Shown: positions 1-13,511 of the stretch, in pieces
Layout of the letters: every line of letters begins with the position of its first letter
Position numbering within the stretch: position 1 is the first letter of the stretch
Assembly: GCA_951406725.2 (NCBI GenBank)
Contig: OX597829.1
Span: 55,800,001-55,864,000, forward strand
DNA: 64,000 nt
DNA from: Octopus vulgaris
Lineage: Eukaryota
Direction of reading: 5' to 3'
The notes under the pieces: generated by a model
What the model saw: the letters and a program-made list of their open reading frames with translations, nothing else
Told to the model about the DNA's origin: nothing
The model's database searches: none
Translations under genes and position numbers: made by a program

Positions 1-272
1 TGCCCTATTTATCTAGCGATCACCTGTCGCAGCAGCATAAAGATACCACACTTATAGAACAACAAAATAACAAGATGTTACGTTTAACTCCTCTACAACG
101 TTCACAGCATATTTAGAGAAAAACAGTGACAAGGAGCTCTCTTTCTCTTACTCCCAGCTATTGGCTGGCTGTTGTCTCCCCTGAGTTTACCCGCCATTTG
201 AAATTCTTGTTTTCGTTCTACTGGGTACCAGGGCAGTCTTTATCAAGTAGGCTTGATGGTGTTACCAGTTAA

Positions 273-345
273 GTAGAATAAGTACTACGCTTACAAAGAA
301 TAAGTCCTGGGGCCGATTTGTTCGACTTAAGGCGGTACTCTAACA
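273..345 (+). mobile_element. 3' fragment of SINE family B
   Basis: gtagaataagtact..cttacaaagaataagtcctgggg..gatttg..cgact..aggcggt matches the reverse complement of the 3' half of the full copy at 34271-34675. Confidence 0.65.
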
Positions 346-699
346 CGTAAAAGAATATATATATTATACATATGCACGTACATACAGTCTTTAGACACGT
401 AAGATTAAAAACTTGACTAGCGCATATAAATACCAGATAACTATCTGTGCTCATGCGTAATTTCATGAAGTTTTGATTTTGACTGTGTATGGGAGAATAC
501 CCCACTTTAACTCGGGATTGGGTCAAATTGAGGAATTGTATGTTTCAAGTTACCTATCAACCATAACGTATCTTGGAAGAGAAAACTTTTTAACTTAACA
601 TACGTAGTATTTTGTTAGCAAGTAATTAATTAGGGTAGAACAAAATAACTTAAAATAATGCAGGCAGAGTTATTTGGTGTCATTGAATGAGGTACATAC

Positions 700-2130
700 T
701 TTGAAATTAGTATTCTAAAAGGTTGTTATAACCTTTACAAATATTTGCCACCCTAATCAACCACAACAATAAAAACGAAGCAAGCTGAATGGGAAACAGA
801 AGTTTGTTCTCAAAGCAAAAACATTTCCAGTTGAAGAAATTTCGTAAAATAGAATAAATTCATGCAAATAGAGGAAATGTATGGCACTTCGAATAATGCC
901 CTCGGTAAGGCATTTCTTTTGCATGCCAAAGGTAGATTTCGAAGTTTCGGTCAGGGTCCGTTGAAAACTACACTTTATGGCATGCGAAATTAATTCATTT
1001 GTCGAGGATGTAGACTTTCGCTGGTCTCCATAGATCCCAGGGTTTTTTAGTTTGCTGTTCACAATGTACAAAACAGCAATTATATTCCTCAATGAAATCC
1101 ACACAACGCGCGAAAAACAGTTCTTAGTGTGCCTCTTTCTTCGTCATTAGAAAATATGAGAATAAAGGCCGTTTGTCAGGTATATAATTTATAATAAAAC
1201 TTCCATCAACTCACAATACCATTGAGAGTCATTTCAATGGAAACCAATTAGTGCATTTATCTTCAACTCGTATAGAAATGAAGTAGAAAATGGAGTATTC
1301 TAGTGTGACTTGCAGTTTGTCCTACATTCATACAGTTCAATGACAAATTTTGGATGACGTCAATGCAAGTGAAACTGAGTTGTTAGGTATCGTAGTTCAT
1401 GTTAGCAAAACTTATCCAGTCTTTCGTTTGGTGCCTTTTTTTCCAGAATGATTAACAGAGACTTTCAGAATTTTTGAGGAGTGACCTCTGGATTTTTTTA
1501 GGTGTCGGCTAGTCCAAAGCTGCTTCTGCCAAGACCCAACAGATAAAACTGTTTGCTTTATCTATTGTGTAATTTTGAGCTGGCATTGACTCCCTATATT
1601 AAATAAAACTACCGTCGACATCACGATAAATTTGTGCGTCAATGTGAATATTTTGGAAAATAAGAACGGCAGCAAAAACCATGTATAAAGAGGATTTATG
1701 CAATCATGCAGCCGTAATTTGTGCCATTATACATACGAAACCTGGCATAAACTTTTCTGCCCTTGCAAAGGCCATGAATATTAGATCATCACAAATTCAC
1801 CGCCAAAGTAATTTTAGGTATGAAAGGCACATATTTATAGAAAACTTACAGGATTAGCTACAATGGAGCATAAAACAATCTGCATAGCAAAATTCATCTT
1901 CTTCTTTAAAAGATAGTACGTTACGATGTTTTTCTGATATGGTAGCAGGAATTTGTAATCTGGTTTTGATTTTCAAATCAAAACTTAGACGCAAGTTTCA
2001 GTTGAGATGCACAAACATCACTCGTATAGAAAAAAGGAGAGAAAAAAAACTGTAATGAATGTTTCTGATAATAGCTGGAATGTCGCAGATAATATCTGCA
2101 TACAAGGTTTTAGTGGGTTTGTCATCACAT
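700..2130 (+). pseudogene. Highly decayed piggyBac-like transposase remnant
   Basis: Broken frames give NKTTVDITINLC (cf. YNKTKGGVDxxDQ), RTAAKTMYK (cf. RRTxKWYKK) and RKKERKKTV...ICIQGF (cf. C-terminal Cys-rich domain), in the expected order. Many stops; no TIRs seen. Confidence 0.3.
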
Positions 2131-3085
2131 CCCTGAATGATTCATTACACATCAACTATTCTCTTTTCATTTTTTTATCTTTTCATTTCCTCGCTTCCAT
2201 TACTCACCTTACCATTTTTACCGCTTCCCGTACAGATTAACTTTTTGTTCTCCTCCTTGCTTTTCTTTTCCTACCTTCATCAAAGAACAATTCACACTAA
2301 TGGTACTGAATATCCATTTAAGAAGGACGAACACGCACAGTTCATCCATCGTCTTCGACGTGAGAAACATTCATATGATGTATAAATAAACATCCCAATG
2401 GATTATCCATTAATATTAAACTGATATTCGAAAAAGTGAGAAACCGTGAATGCCAAACAATCTTCAAGTGGAATTGTATTGGCGTATTAAATGTTGACTG
2501 AATAAAAAGGACTTTTATTTTAAGATTGAGTCTGCGGAATGAGTCAAGCATATTAACTTGACTTTTAAATAGCAAACAAATTATTTCATTATATATATAT
2601 ATATCTTTAACTAATGTAATAATTATTAAATAATATATATACAAAAGTATATATAATTATTATTTTATAATACACACACACACACACACAAACACACAAA
2701 CACACACACACAAATATATATATTCTTTATACAACTTACGTATAAAACCAAATAATTTTTTTCTTTACATACTATTTGCTATAATGTGTGAATTGGCAAA
2801 GTCCTTAGAGTGCTAGCAAAAGGCTTTGTCTCTGCTTTTTACATTCAAATGCCGCAGAGGTCAGCTGTACCTTTTATCCTTTTCGAGAGGATAAAATATA
2901 AAACCAGTAAAGTATCAAAGTTGATGGTATCAACTGATTCCTTCTTTCAAAATTTTCCTAAATATAAAGAATTGTATTTTCCTAAATAAAAAAGAATTGT
3001 ATCTTCGTTTGACTTCAAAGGTTTCTATAATCTATTTTCACAATGTTGCAAAATCTGAACATTTGTTTATTATTTCTTCAATGCA

Positions 3086-3088
<3 letters not shown>

Positions 3089-3173
<85 letters not shown>

Positions 3174-3188
3174 CACACACACACACAT
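3089..3188. repeat. (CA)n microsatellite
   Basis: Direct inspection. Confidence 0.98.
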
Positions 3189-3210
3189 CTATATTTATAT
3201 ATCTGTGTGT

Positions 3211-3670
3211 AAGGCGGCGAGCTGGCAGAAACGTTAGCACGCCGGGCGAAATGCTCAGCAGTATTTCGTCTGCCGCTACGTTCTGAGTTCAAATTCCGCC
3301 GAGGTCTACTTCGCCTTTCTATCCTTTCGGGGTCGATTAAATAAGTACCAGTTACGCACTGGAGTCGATATAATCGACTTAATCCGTTTGTCTGTCCTTG
3401 TTTGTCCCTTCTGTGTTTAGCCCCTTGTGGGTAGTAAAGAAATAGGTATTTCGTCTTAGAAAGGCGGCGAGCTGGCAGAAACGTTAGCACGCCGGGCGAA
3501 ATGCTTAGCGGTATTTCGTCTGCCGCTACATTCTGAGTTCAAATTCCGCCGAGGTCGACTTTGCCTTTCATCATTTCGGGGTCGATAAATTAAGTACCAG
3601 TTGCGTACTGGGGTCAGTGCAATCGACTGGCTCCCTCCCCCCAAATTTCTTGTACCTAGAGTAGAAAAAT
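3211..3670 (+). mobile_element. Dimeric tRNA-derived SINE, family A
   Basis: Head ggcggcgagctggcagaaacgttagc (A-box-like) ... gagttcaaattcc (B-box-like), present twice in tandem; more than 10 related copies in this window. Confidence 0.9.
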
Positions 3671-5643
3671 ATATATTTCTGTGTGTGTATTTGTATGTGT
3701 TTGTGTGCATGCATATATACGTACTCAAGCAAGCAGACTTACTTACAAGCGCTGTCATATGAAAATGAGTAGTGTTATAGGGCGTTATTCTATTCTGAAA
3801 TGTCTGTCCTAGTTTTCAAACAAATGTCTCAATTTTGTTAAAATATAATTAGTAACAATTCTATGCAAATAAAAAAAGATGTACGTATTTGTTATTATGT
3901 TGTGAAATTATAAATATTTTCAATATCTTTTATTCTAGATTTAGCATTTTTGTTAAATATTTAACCATTATTTTTTACCTGTGATTTATTAGTAGTATAT
4001 ACAAAATTACCGTCAAAGCATCAAGCATGTTTCCATTCAAAATCTAGAGTAATACTTGTTTACAAAAGCTTTAATTCATTGGTCGTTTCTTTTTAGTTTT
4101 CATATTAATTCCAACCTATCAGTTAAATAACTTCGGACCTGTAACTAGTTCGTATTCAGGTATTCTGGTATCCTTAACAAGTATACATGTTCTGATATTC
4201 TGGTATTCTTAATCAGTATACGCTATTTTCTATTTTCTTTAGGCATACCTTTCATATTCTATTTTAGTGCCTCCAACGATTTATTGATACATCAAGTATT
4301 AAATAGTCTGTTGGTTATTTATGTCGAATATTTGAATATTCTGCGCAAGAGCGTGCAAAGAAATTAAAAATGTGACAGCATTATTTACTGCGTACAGGAA
4401 AGAATTGAATAAGTATAGGAATAGGCGAAAAAGATAGTGTAGGAAAGCAAGCGTAAAAGTCGTGAACTAGGGCAGATTCTCAGTCGTCAATTGAAATAAT
4501 GATCGTTTATACAATCACGTTCAAAAGAAGCTGTCATGATAACTAAATATCTAAACCATTGATGAGCCAATAACGCTGCTGCCTTTAATAAAATGAATCA
4601 ATAGTCAAGATTTTAAATATAAATTATATAAGACATTTATGGCGTAAATGATTTTAACTTGTAATCTTGGTGTACAGCTTGATACAGTATTCCATATTCA
4701 TGTGATTTGTTCTTGTCATAAACATCGAATTTAAGTGTGATGTTTACCTGTCTTAGACTGTACATTAGGCAGTAAAGTGACTAAGAAAATTGTTTTTGAT
4801 CCTAATGCGATAAGTGTTGATATATACTAAAATTAGTTCACAACATAAATACAAGCTGTATTGAACGAGTGAGAGGACATTAAACTGTTTGGAGAAATCG
4901 GTAATGCAGCGGTTTGATGCACAAGTGATAGATGGCTCGAGTCCGTGAGAAAACCTGCTGGTTTCTTTCTTTGCCTTTCATTCATGCCTGCAAATGCTTT
5001 TCACACACACACACACACACACACACATACATATATATATATATTCTTTTACATATTTCAGTCATTAAACTGCGGCCACGCTGGAGCACCGCCTTACTCC
5101 CTCTCTCTCACTCCCCCGCCCTATATATATATATATTTCCTTTTGAAGTATTTTTGGCCTGTTTAGTTATTTTATTTACACCTTTTAACCTTTAATTTTA
5201 ATTCTAATTTTAATTTGAAACCCTTCTTTTTGACTTTTACTTTTTCATTATTCTCAATTCCCACTCCTGGACTTAGTCTGTTTTACACCGTTCTTTTATT
5301 TACTCCTTCTGCGCAAAGAATTTTCGATTTATCTATTGCTCATATTTCTTCGCTAAGGTCAACCTCCATTTGCAGTCGTTGTATATTTTTTTTGAAATTA
5401 GCTATCCAATCAGATTGAAATGCTTATCCGATGAACTGTAAAGACTATATATTAGCTTATCTTATATTATATTGTGTTACATATACTCACGTAACTTAAT
5501 TCTTCCAAATGATCACAATTTTCTGACGAACAGTCCCGTGAAACTGTGATTAACAGTTTGTGAAGATTTTTTACTTTTGATAATATGCATATGTGTGTGT
5601 ATGTGTGTGTGTGTACATATTAAAAAGCTAGTTCTAAAATCTC

Positions 5644-6029
5644 TGTAAGAAATGATCGCAGTAGTTGTACCAGCAAGTAATGATCAGAGCCACTTAAACA
5701 TGGCTGTTCCGTTCGAGCGGAATTTACGGCGATTTTTTAACCCCAAGAGGACATCTCCTCCAGCTGGTTAACGATGCACGGCTGCATCCGATATACTGCG
5801 ATCTTAGAGAACTATTATAACCAGCTTTTTAGCTTGTTGCAAAATCATCGACTGTATGTCGCTTAAATTAATATATATTGTGAGCAGAGGCGAGATACTG
5901 CCATCTCTAGCAAACAAGGTGGCCAATACTGATGAGAGACAGAAATAGCCCGAAACCAGACTGGCTTGCTGATGCCAGCGCTTGAGCGTGGTAGGGGTTC
6001 GTTCCCCTGCTAACAATATATCGGATGCA
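5644..6029 (+). mobile_element. ~380 bp LTR/pLTR-like unit containing a degenerate hammerhead motif
   Basis: TGTAAG...CTAACA ends (5644-6015). CTGATGAG-agacagaaatagcc-CGAAA-CCAG-a-CTGG at 5929-5964. 13-bp inverted match between 5783-5795 and 6017-6029. No clean TSD. Confidence 0.45.
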
Positions 6030-6033
6030 CATG

Positions 6034-6108
<75 letters not shown>

Positions 6109-6111
6109 AAC

Positions 6112-6143
<32 letters not shown>

Positions 6144-6380
6144 GAAGTAAGATGGGGATTACGATAGAATCAGGTACTTGAAAAGTATCAGATGAGATAT
6201 TTCCGTTGCGTACACGGAGAAAAACCAACCCTATGAGTATTTAGCACCTAGGGGCTGTTCCAAATTACGCGTTACTTTGATTAGTACGTTGTTGGTACAG
6301 TCTAGGTTGTCCGACAAGTCGTGAATCTCTTTGGTGTATTATAATCAAATGAATAATAACAGACGATGGATAAATATCAG

Positions 6381-6464
6381 CTCATAACAGCTGTTTCTTT
6401 CGCATTTTGTAATGGAAGAATGACAACATTCCATCATTATAAAAGACTGTAATCGTCAGATGAG
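6381..6464 (-). ncRNA. Type I minimal hammerhead ribozyme-like motif
   Basis: Minus strand reads ctcat-CTGACGA-[long helix II, includes atggaa/ttccat]-GAAA-CAGCTG-TT-atgag. Helix I (CTCAT/ATGAG) abuts the core, helix III is palindromic, cleavage triplet GUU. Base of helix II is mismatched. Confidence 0.6.
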
Positions 6465-6476
6465 AAGTAATTTTAC

Positions 6477-6524
<48 letters not shown>

Positions 6525-6872
6525 TGCATACATACAAACATGTGTGTGCATTTATGTATATATGTATATATATATACGTATGTTTGTATGTGTGTGTGTA
6601 TGTGTGGGTGCATGATTGTAAAATTGTGGTTTCGATTCACGGGCTGGGCGACGTGCTTTGTTCTTGAGCTAGATGCTTCATTTTACGCTGCTCCAGTCCA
6701 CTCACATTCCCAAAATGTATAATCCTGCGACGGACCGGAAAGCAAGGACCTTTGATTCTTTATATATACATACCTTTACTTGTGAATAAAATAACAGTAC
6801 GTGAGGTTCCATTAAATAATAAGTTAAGAAGCATATGATAAATATACAAAGAATATATTTATATATTGATAA

Positions 6873-7310
<438 letters not shown>

Positions 7311-7822
7311 CATAGGACATGAAAGGAAACACTTGAAAAATGTGCCGCACAGTCGATTGAACCAGGAACTGTGCTGTTACGAGGGCAATATCTTTGACAA
7401 ATGGCCATCACAGTGACATAGAATTAAAATAGGGAAAGATAAGAAACTCCACGATCCGCGTACGATTCGTGAACAGTCTCTCGTGATGTGTTTCTGATAT
7501 ATTTTCAATCAGACACCAATGATTAAATTTTGTTTTTAGTATTTTCGCATGTTTTCGTATATGATATATTTTCTAAATTATTTCAATTATAAATGAGTAA
7601 AAAAGGTAATTATTATTTTATCAGTTATATCCATAAAAATGTTTAATATAAATAATATATATGTTTTCTGTAATTATTTTTAGCACTTTGGATTTTATTG
7701 TAAAATTCGATATTCAAACTTTGAAAATAGTTCAATAATATTTCTTTTAAATTCTTAGATATAAATAATTTCTTTCCTTATCTAACATAAACTATATGCC
7801 AATTTAAAATGAAATTTATTAT

Positions 7823-7948
<126 letters not shown>

Positions 7949-8019
7949 TATCTGTTACACGCGTTTTTATCACAGTGGTATGTTTTTCAAACTTTCAATA
8001 ATTACACGTCTAAGTTCTT

Positions 8020-9430
8020 TCCGTACATGTTGCCATATGTTCAAAATCCTTTGCAATAACTGTTAACATCATTAAAACTATTCTCTTATAATCAATATTC
8101 TTTGCTCTTCTTTTTATGAGCTGTAAAAGAGTACTCCATTACTGCACTCCTGTGTGTCTATTAAGACATGTTCTCGATAACAATCCTGCTGGAAACCACC
8201 ATCTAAAAATCACCTGTAATGGAAAGCACGCTTTGTTTTACTCGGGCTAACATATCCTCACCAAATTCACCAACATATATACGAATCGCTCTTTCTCTCT
8301 CACTCTTTCCTAGGAAACTGTTCCGACTTTTGGCACACGCCGCAATGTGTTTCATCAAATTTAAAGGATAATTCCACTGACATAATCAACTACCAACCTG
8401 TTGCTCTAACTTCTAACAGTTCAAAGCTGATATAAACCCTTGTTGATATTTTCTTCCTTCCTGAATCTTTGGTCTTCTCCAGTGACAAAATATATAGTTT
8501 CTATAGAAACAGATCTTTCAGAATTGTGTCGCTTATCACATATTACTGGTCTTCGATGCTGAGAGTTTTGGAGAACGTAATGTCATTTAACTTGATATAA
8601 GCTTCCGACCATATCTAGTTTGAGAAATTCCTAGTTAAGTTACCCACTTATAGCTTCTTCTATGATTTCTTAATTTTTAAGATTTTTGTCAGGACGTATC
8701 TGTCAAGGGCATACTCATAGAGCTCGGTCTGACCAAGATATTTTTATGTTTGATGTTGCCTCAACCCTTTGGTACTTGCCTCAGCTCTTTCCATCGATTA
8801 CTTTCTTTTTGTCACCATATACATTCACGTATGATACAGGCGTCATATATACATACCCACACATATACGCACACACTCTACCTCTATGTCTCAAGGGAAT
8901 CCTGCACTGATTCCATTAATTTACCAATGGACACATAACAACATAGTCTCTTTGCATCACACAAAAGAACGAATCGCAGATTTGTACGTGGCCCTCTCAA
9001 GTCATAAAAGAAAAATACTACTTAAACCCTTAAAATCGACGAAAATGCCCTCCTCTCCTTACAATCTCTCATGAAAACCCGACAAGTATAGCATTGTCAA
9101 AATCACAACAATAAGGTTGAACTCTCTAGATAGGATCCTGATCAGTTGTTAACTCCATTAACAAAGATTTAAGTAAAGCCTGTGCTGGAATACCGCTCAC
9201 TGATTTGAGATAGTGAAACAGCTACATGAAATGACGCCTTTGACTACACGAACGAACCAGAACGATATTCGTCTGTTTGACAATGCTTCGTCCATTAATA
9301 CGATGCAACTACTAGCTCGTCTGATTGTTTCGTCTGATTGCTTCTCATCCCTTAAATCCAAGTGATATCGATTATAAATATCATTCAACAGAATAAGACC
9401 AACAAAGAGATGTGAGCAACGAGGCAACTA
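8020..9430 (-). pseudogene. Highly decayed L1/Tx1-like LINE ORF2 remnant (AP endonuclease to RT start)
   Basis: Minus-strand broken frames: ILSREFNLIV (cf. ILxGDFN) and NGVLFYSS*KRRAKNIDYKRIVLMMLTVIAK (cf. GVITLLxK..NYRPISLLNxDxKI). Confidence 0.3.
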
Positions 9431-9879
9431 TGTCATTGACGAGCATTAAATTCAAGTATTCAGCCAAACGGACTTACTGTTGTTGTGCGCATGAAAATTA
9501 AGGGTTCGAGTTACATAGTGTTCCTTTATTAATTTTCAGATTTTTTTCTTACTTATTAAATTTGAATTAGGCATATTTTGTATCACATCAAAATAATTGC
9601 TTCTTAAATGAATCCTGAAATAAGTTAGAAGTTAATCAGAATCTACTTCAAAGAGATGGCTTACTGTAATAAAAGCAAAAACATTTCACTTACTTTACCA
9701 CTTGTTTAAATTTAAACCGACGTAAGAGTCTCTATGTAGACACTCAGCATGCTAGAAATAGAAAGAGAGGAAATATGGCCCTTGTTACAGATGTTCTGAA
9801 ATTAAAGATGATATGGTCATTGATAGAAGGCCTTTGATTACAGATTGCTTGCATCAGTGTTCATCTAACCAAGACACAC

Positions 9880-10168
9880 GTACATATATACACACATACA
9901 CACATACATACATACATACATACATACATACATACATACATACATACATACAAACATACATGCATACATACACACACACATACATACACACATACATACA
10001 TACATACATACATACATACATACATACATACATACATACATACACATACATACATACACACGCATATACATACATACATACATACATACATACATACATA
10101 CATACACACGCATATATACATACATACATACATACATACATACATACATACATACATACATACATACA

Positions 10169-10230
<62 letters not shown>

Positions 10231-10805
10231 CATACATACATACATACATACATACACACGCATACATACATACATACATACATACATACATACATACATA
10301 CATACATACATACATACATACATACATACATACATACATACATACATACATACATACATACATACATACATACATACATACATACATACATACATACATA
10401 CATACATACATACATACATACATACATACATACATACATACATACATACATACATACATACATACATACATACATACATACATACATACATACATACATA
10501 CATACATACATACATACATACATACATACATACATACATACATACATACATACATACATACATACATACATACATACATACATACATACATACATACATA
10601 CATACATACATACATACATACATACATACATACATACATACATACATACATACATACATACATACATACATACATACATACATACATACATACATACATA
10701 CATACATACATACATACATACATACATACATACACTACATACATACATACATACATACATACATACATACATACATACATACACATACATACATACATAC
10801 ATACA

Positions 10806-10839
<34 letters not shown>

Positions 10840-11561
10840 CATACATACATACATACATACATACATACATACATACATACATACATACATACATACATAC
10901 ATACATACATACATACATACATACATACATACATACATACATACATACATACATACATACATACATACATACATACATACATACATACACACATACACAC
11001 ATATACATACATACATACATACATACATACATACATACATACATACATACATACATACATACATACATACATACATACATACATACATACATACATACAT
11101 ACATACATACATACATACATACATACATACATACATACATACATACATACATACATACATACATACATACATACATACATACATACATACATACATACAT
11201 ACATACATACATACATACATACATACATACATACATACATACATACATACATACATACATACATACATACATACATACATACATACATACATACATACAT
11301 ACACACATATATACATACATACACACATACATACATACATACATACATACATACATACATAAACATACATACATACATACATACATACATACATACATAC
11401 ATACATACATACATACATACATACATACATACATACATACATACATACATACATACATACATACATACATACATACATACATACATACATACATACATAC
11501 ATACATACATACATACATACATACATACATACATACATACATACATACATACATACATACA

Positions 11562-11595
<34 letters not shown>

Positions 11596-11608
11596 CATAT
11601 ATACATAC
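9880..11608. repeat. ~1.7 kb (ATAC)n tetranucleotide array
   Basis: Near-perfect catacata repeats; source of the spurious 600-aa ORFs. Confidence 0.99.
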
Positions 11609-11609
11609 G

Positions 11610-11813
11610 TACTGTACAAAGTTTCTCTTCTCCATCCCAAATCATTATGTCAGATCTGTTGTGTTTGCATTTTATTGAAGTCTTCACTGGGACATTCGAC
11701 CAATACTCATTTTTATTATGAGTGGCTATGGTTTCTACCATACTGTAGGTTCTTATATCTTTGTCTTCGGTATTATCCTCCCGATGGATTTCATTATTGA
11801 GTGTCCTAGCTAT
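11610..11813 (-). mobile_element. Internal fragment of an RLE non-LTR retrotransposon (R4/Dong-like)
   Basis: Stop-free IARTLNNEIHRED...EYWSNVPVKTSIKCKHNRSDIMIWDGEEKLCTV, matching the W....T....HNRPDI..D...K.C RLE motif (cf. 27371-28312). Confidence 0.7.
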
Positions 11814-12897
11814 ATGTATGTATAAGATGCGATTAGTTGCAACTTTTAGTTTAGTAATTGTAACGACACAAAAAGATTAGAGAAATGTGTTCTGAAGGCG
11901 ATAACAATACTACAATTACGGAATGGATGTAATGCAGAATAGCTTCTTAGTTTATTACAAATCTAAAGGGCTTAGGGTTTGGTTCGATTCGGTTTTAGTA
12001 ATTCAGTATATACTAAAGCTGTTTACTTTTGCAATGCCCCCCCCCCAAAAAAAAAAGAAATCAATTTATTTTAAACTCATATAAGCAATTATCTAATTCC
12101 AAACAAAATTCATACAAGGAGAATGTATAATCATTTGACAGTAACGGTATTAACTGCTGAAATTTATAAACACTTGTAATATGTGCTATTATATTTGCAT
12201 TTAGACTACCTCTGTGCCAATTAATTCTCAGACAGCAACTTTCCTGTCAAATCTCATTTATACCAGATGCGAAATGATCCAGCCTACTGCTTTTAAGTTA
12301 TTTTCCTCAGTTCATTAGATTAATTTAATTACATATACTATCAGTTTCCCACTGATTTCGGTAACTGTGAAGTGGATGTTACAACTCACAACTTACGTTG
12401 TTATGAGAGAGAACTGACAAATGAATATTTTGTGATTTGCATTGCTAAGTTCAAATTCTCGTATGAATACTTTTATAGTATATTCTTCCTGAAAGGCTGC
12501 TTTATTTGCAAGATGATAGGAACCGGTATCAATTAGATGTCATGTAACTTGGTTCACTGTGAAATTAGTGCTTGCAACTTAGGTAACGCAACACTATGAA
12601 ATTTCAACTCAACTGCGTACTATCACTGAAGGCATATTGTGAATCGATAGCATTTGAAGTTATTCGCTAGAAGTAGATTAAAAATATTGTCAATCATTGA
12701 TTATTTTCATAATCGTTATCACTATCAACATAAATATGATATACATGCTGACAATCTTCTGAAATGGCAACTGATACAGCTGAAGCTTGTCTTCATTAGT
12801 GTCTCCTCTGCCAGCGTCAACATGTTGATTCATTCGTAGTTATGAAAAGCTAAATGAAAATGAATAATTTATTCTATTGACACCATTTTAACTACAA

Positions 12898-12900
<3 letters not shown>

Positions 12901-12974
<74 letters not shown>

Positions 12975-13015
12975 TAATATCTATATATATATATCTATAT
13001 ATATCTTATATATAT

Positions 13016-13058
<43 letters not shown>

Positions 13059-13078
13059 AATATATATATATATTATAT
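12901..13078. repeat. (TA)n microsatellite
   Basis: Direct inspection. Confidence 0.95.
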
Positions 13079-13472
13079 ACGCATATAAAATTACGTTTGC
13101 ATACACACATGCGTACGTTCGTACATGCATACACACGTACACAAACATGCGCACATACACACAAATTCGCATATATACATGCACTTATAATTAAATGTGT
13201 ATATCGCGATGATATACATATTTGATGTTTGAATAAAGATATTTAATTCCCATATGATTTATCTCATTTAGTTTGAGTGAAACAATATCGCATTTCAAGA
13301 TAATTAATTTTTTTTTTTTTGTAATTTGAGTAAAGACTATTCTCATCACTTTACACTAATATCATTCATTTTTAAACCTATTAATGAACTGATTTTAGCC
13401 GATATATATATATATATGTATATATATATATGTGTGTATGTATGTATGTATCTATGTATGTATGTATGTATG

Positions 13473-13511
<39 letters not shown>

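Noticed and set aside
3211-3300. tRNA-like A/B-box sequence
   Set aside because: Head of a multi-copy SINE; no canonical cloverleaf or tRNA gene termini.
7440-7520. Minus-strand CTGATTGA...GAAA resembling a hammerhead core
   Set aside because: Core has an extra base and helices I and III cannot be formed.
9813-11741. Long ORFs of 288-626 aa (YIHT/MYVC repeats)
   Set aside because: Translations of the (ATAC)n array, which has no stop in any frame.
12700-12850. Possible minus-strand terminal exon after ttttcatttag
   Set aside because: All frames stop within ~10 codons; no supporting homology.
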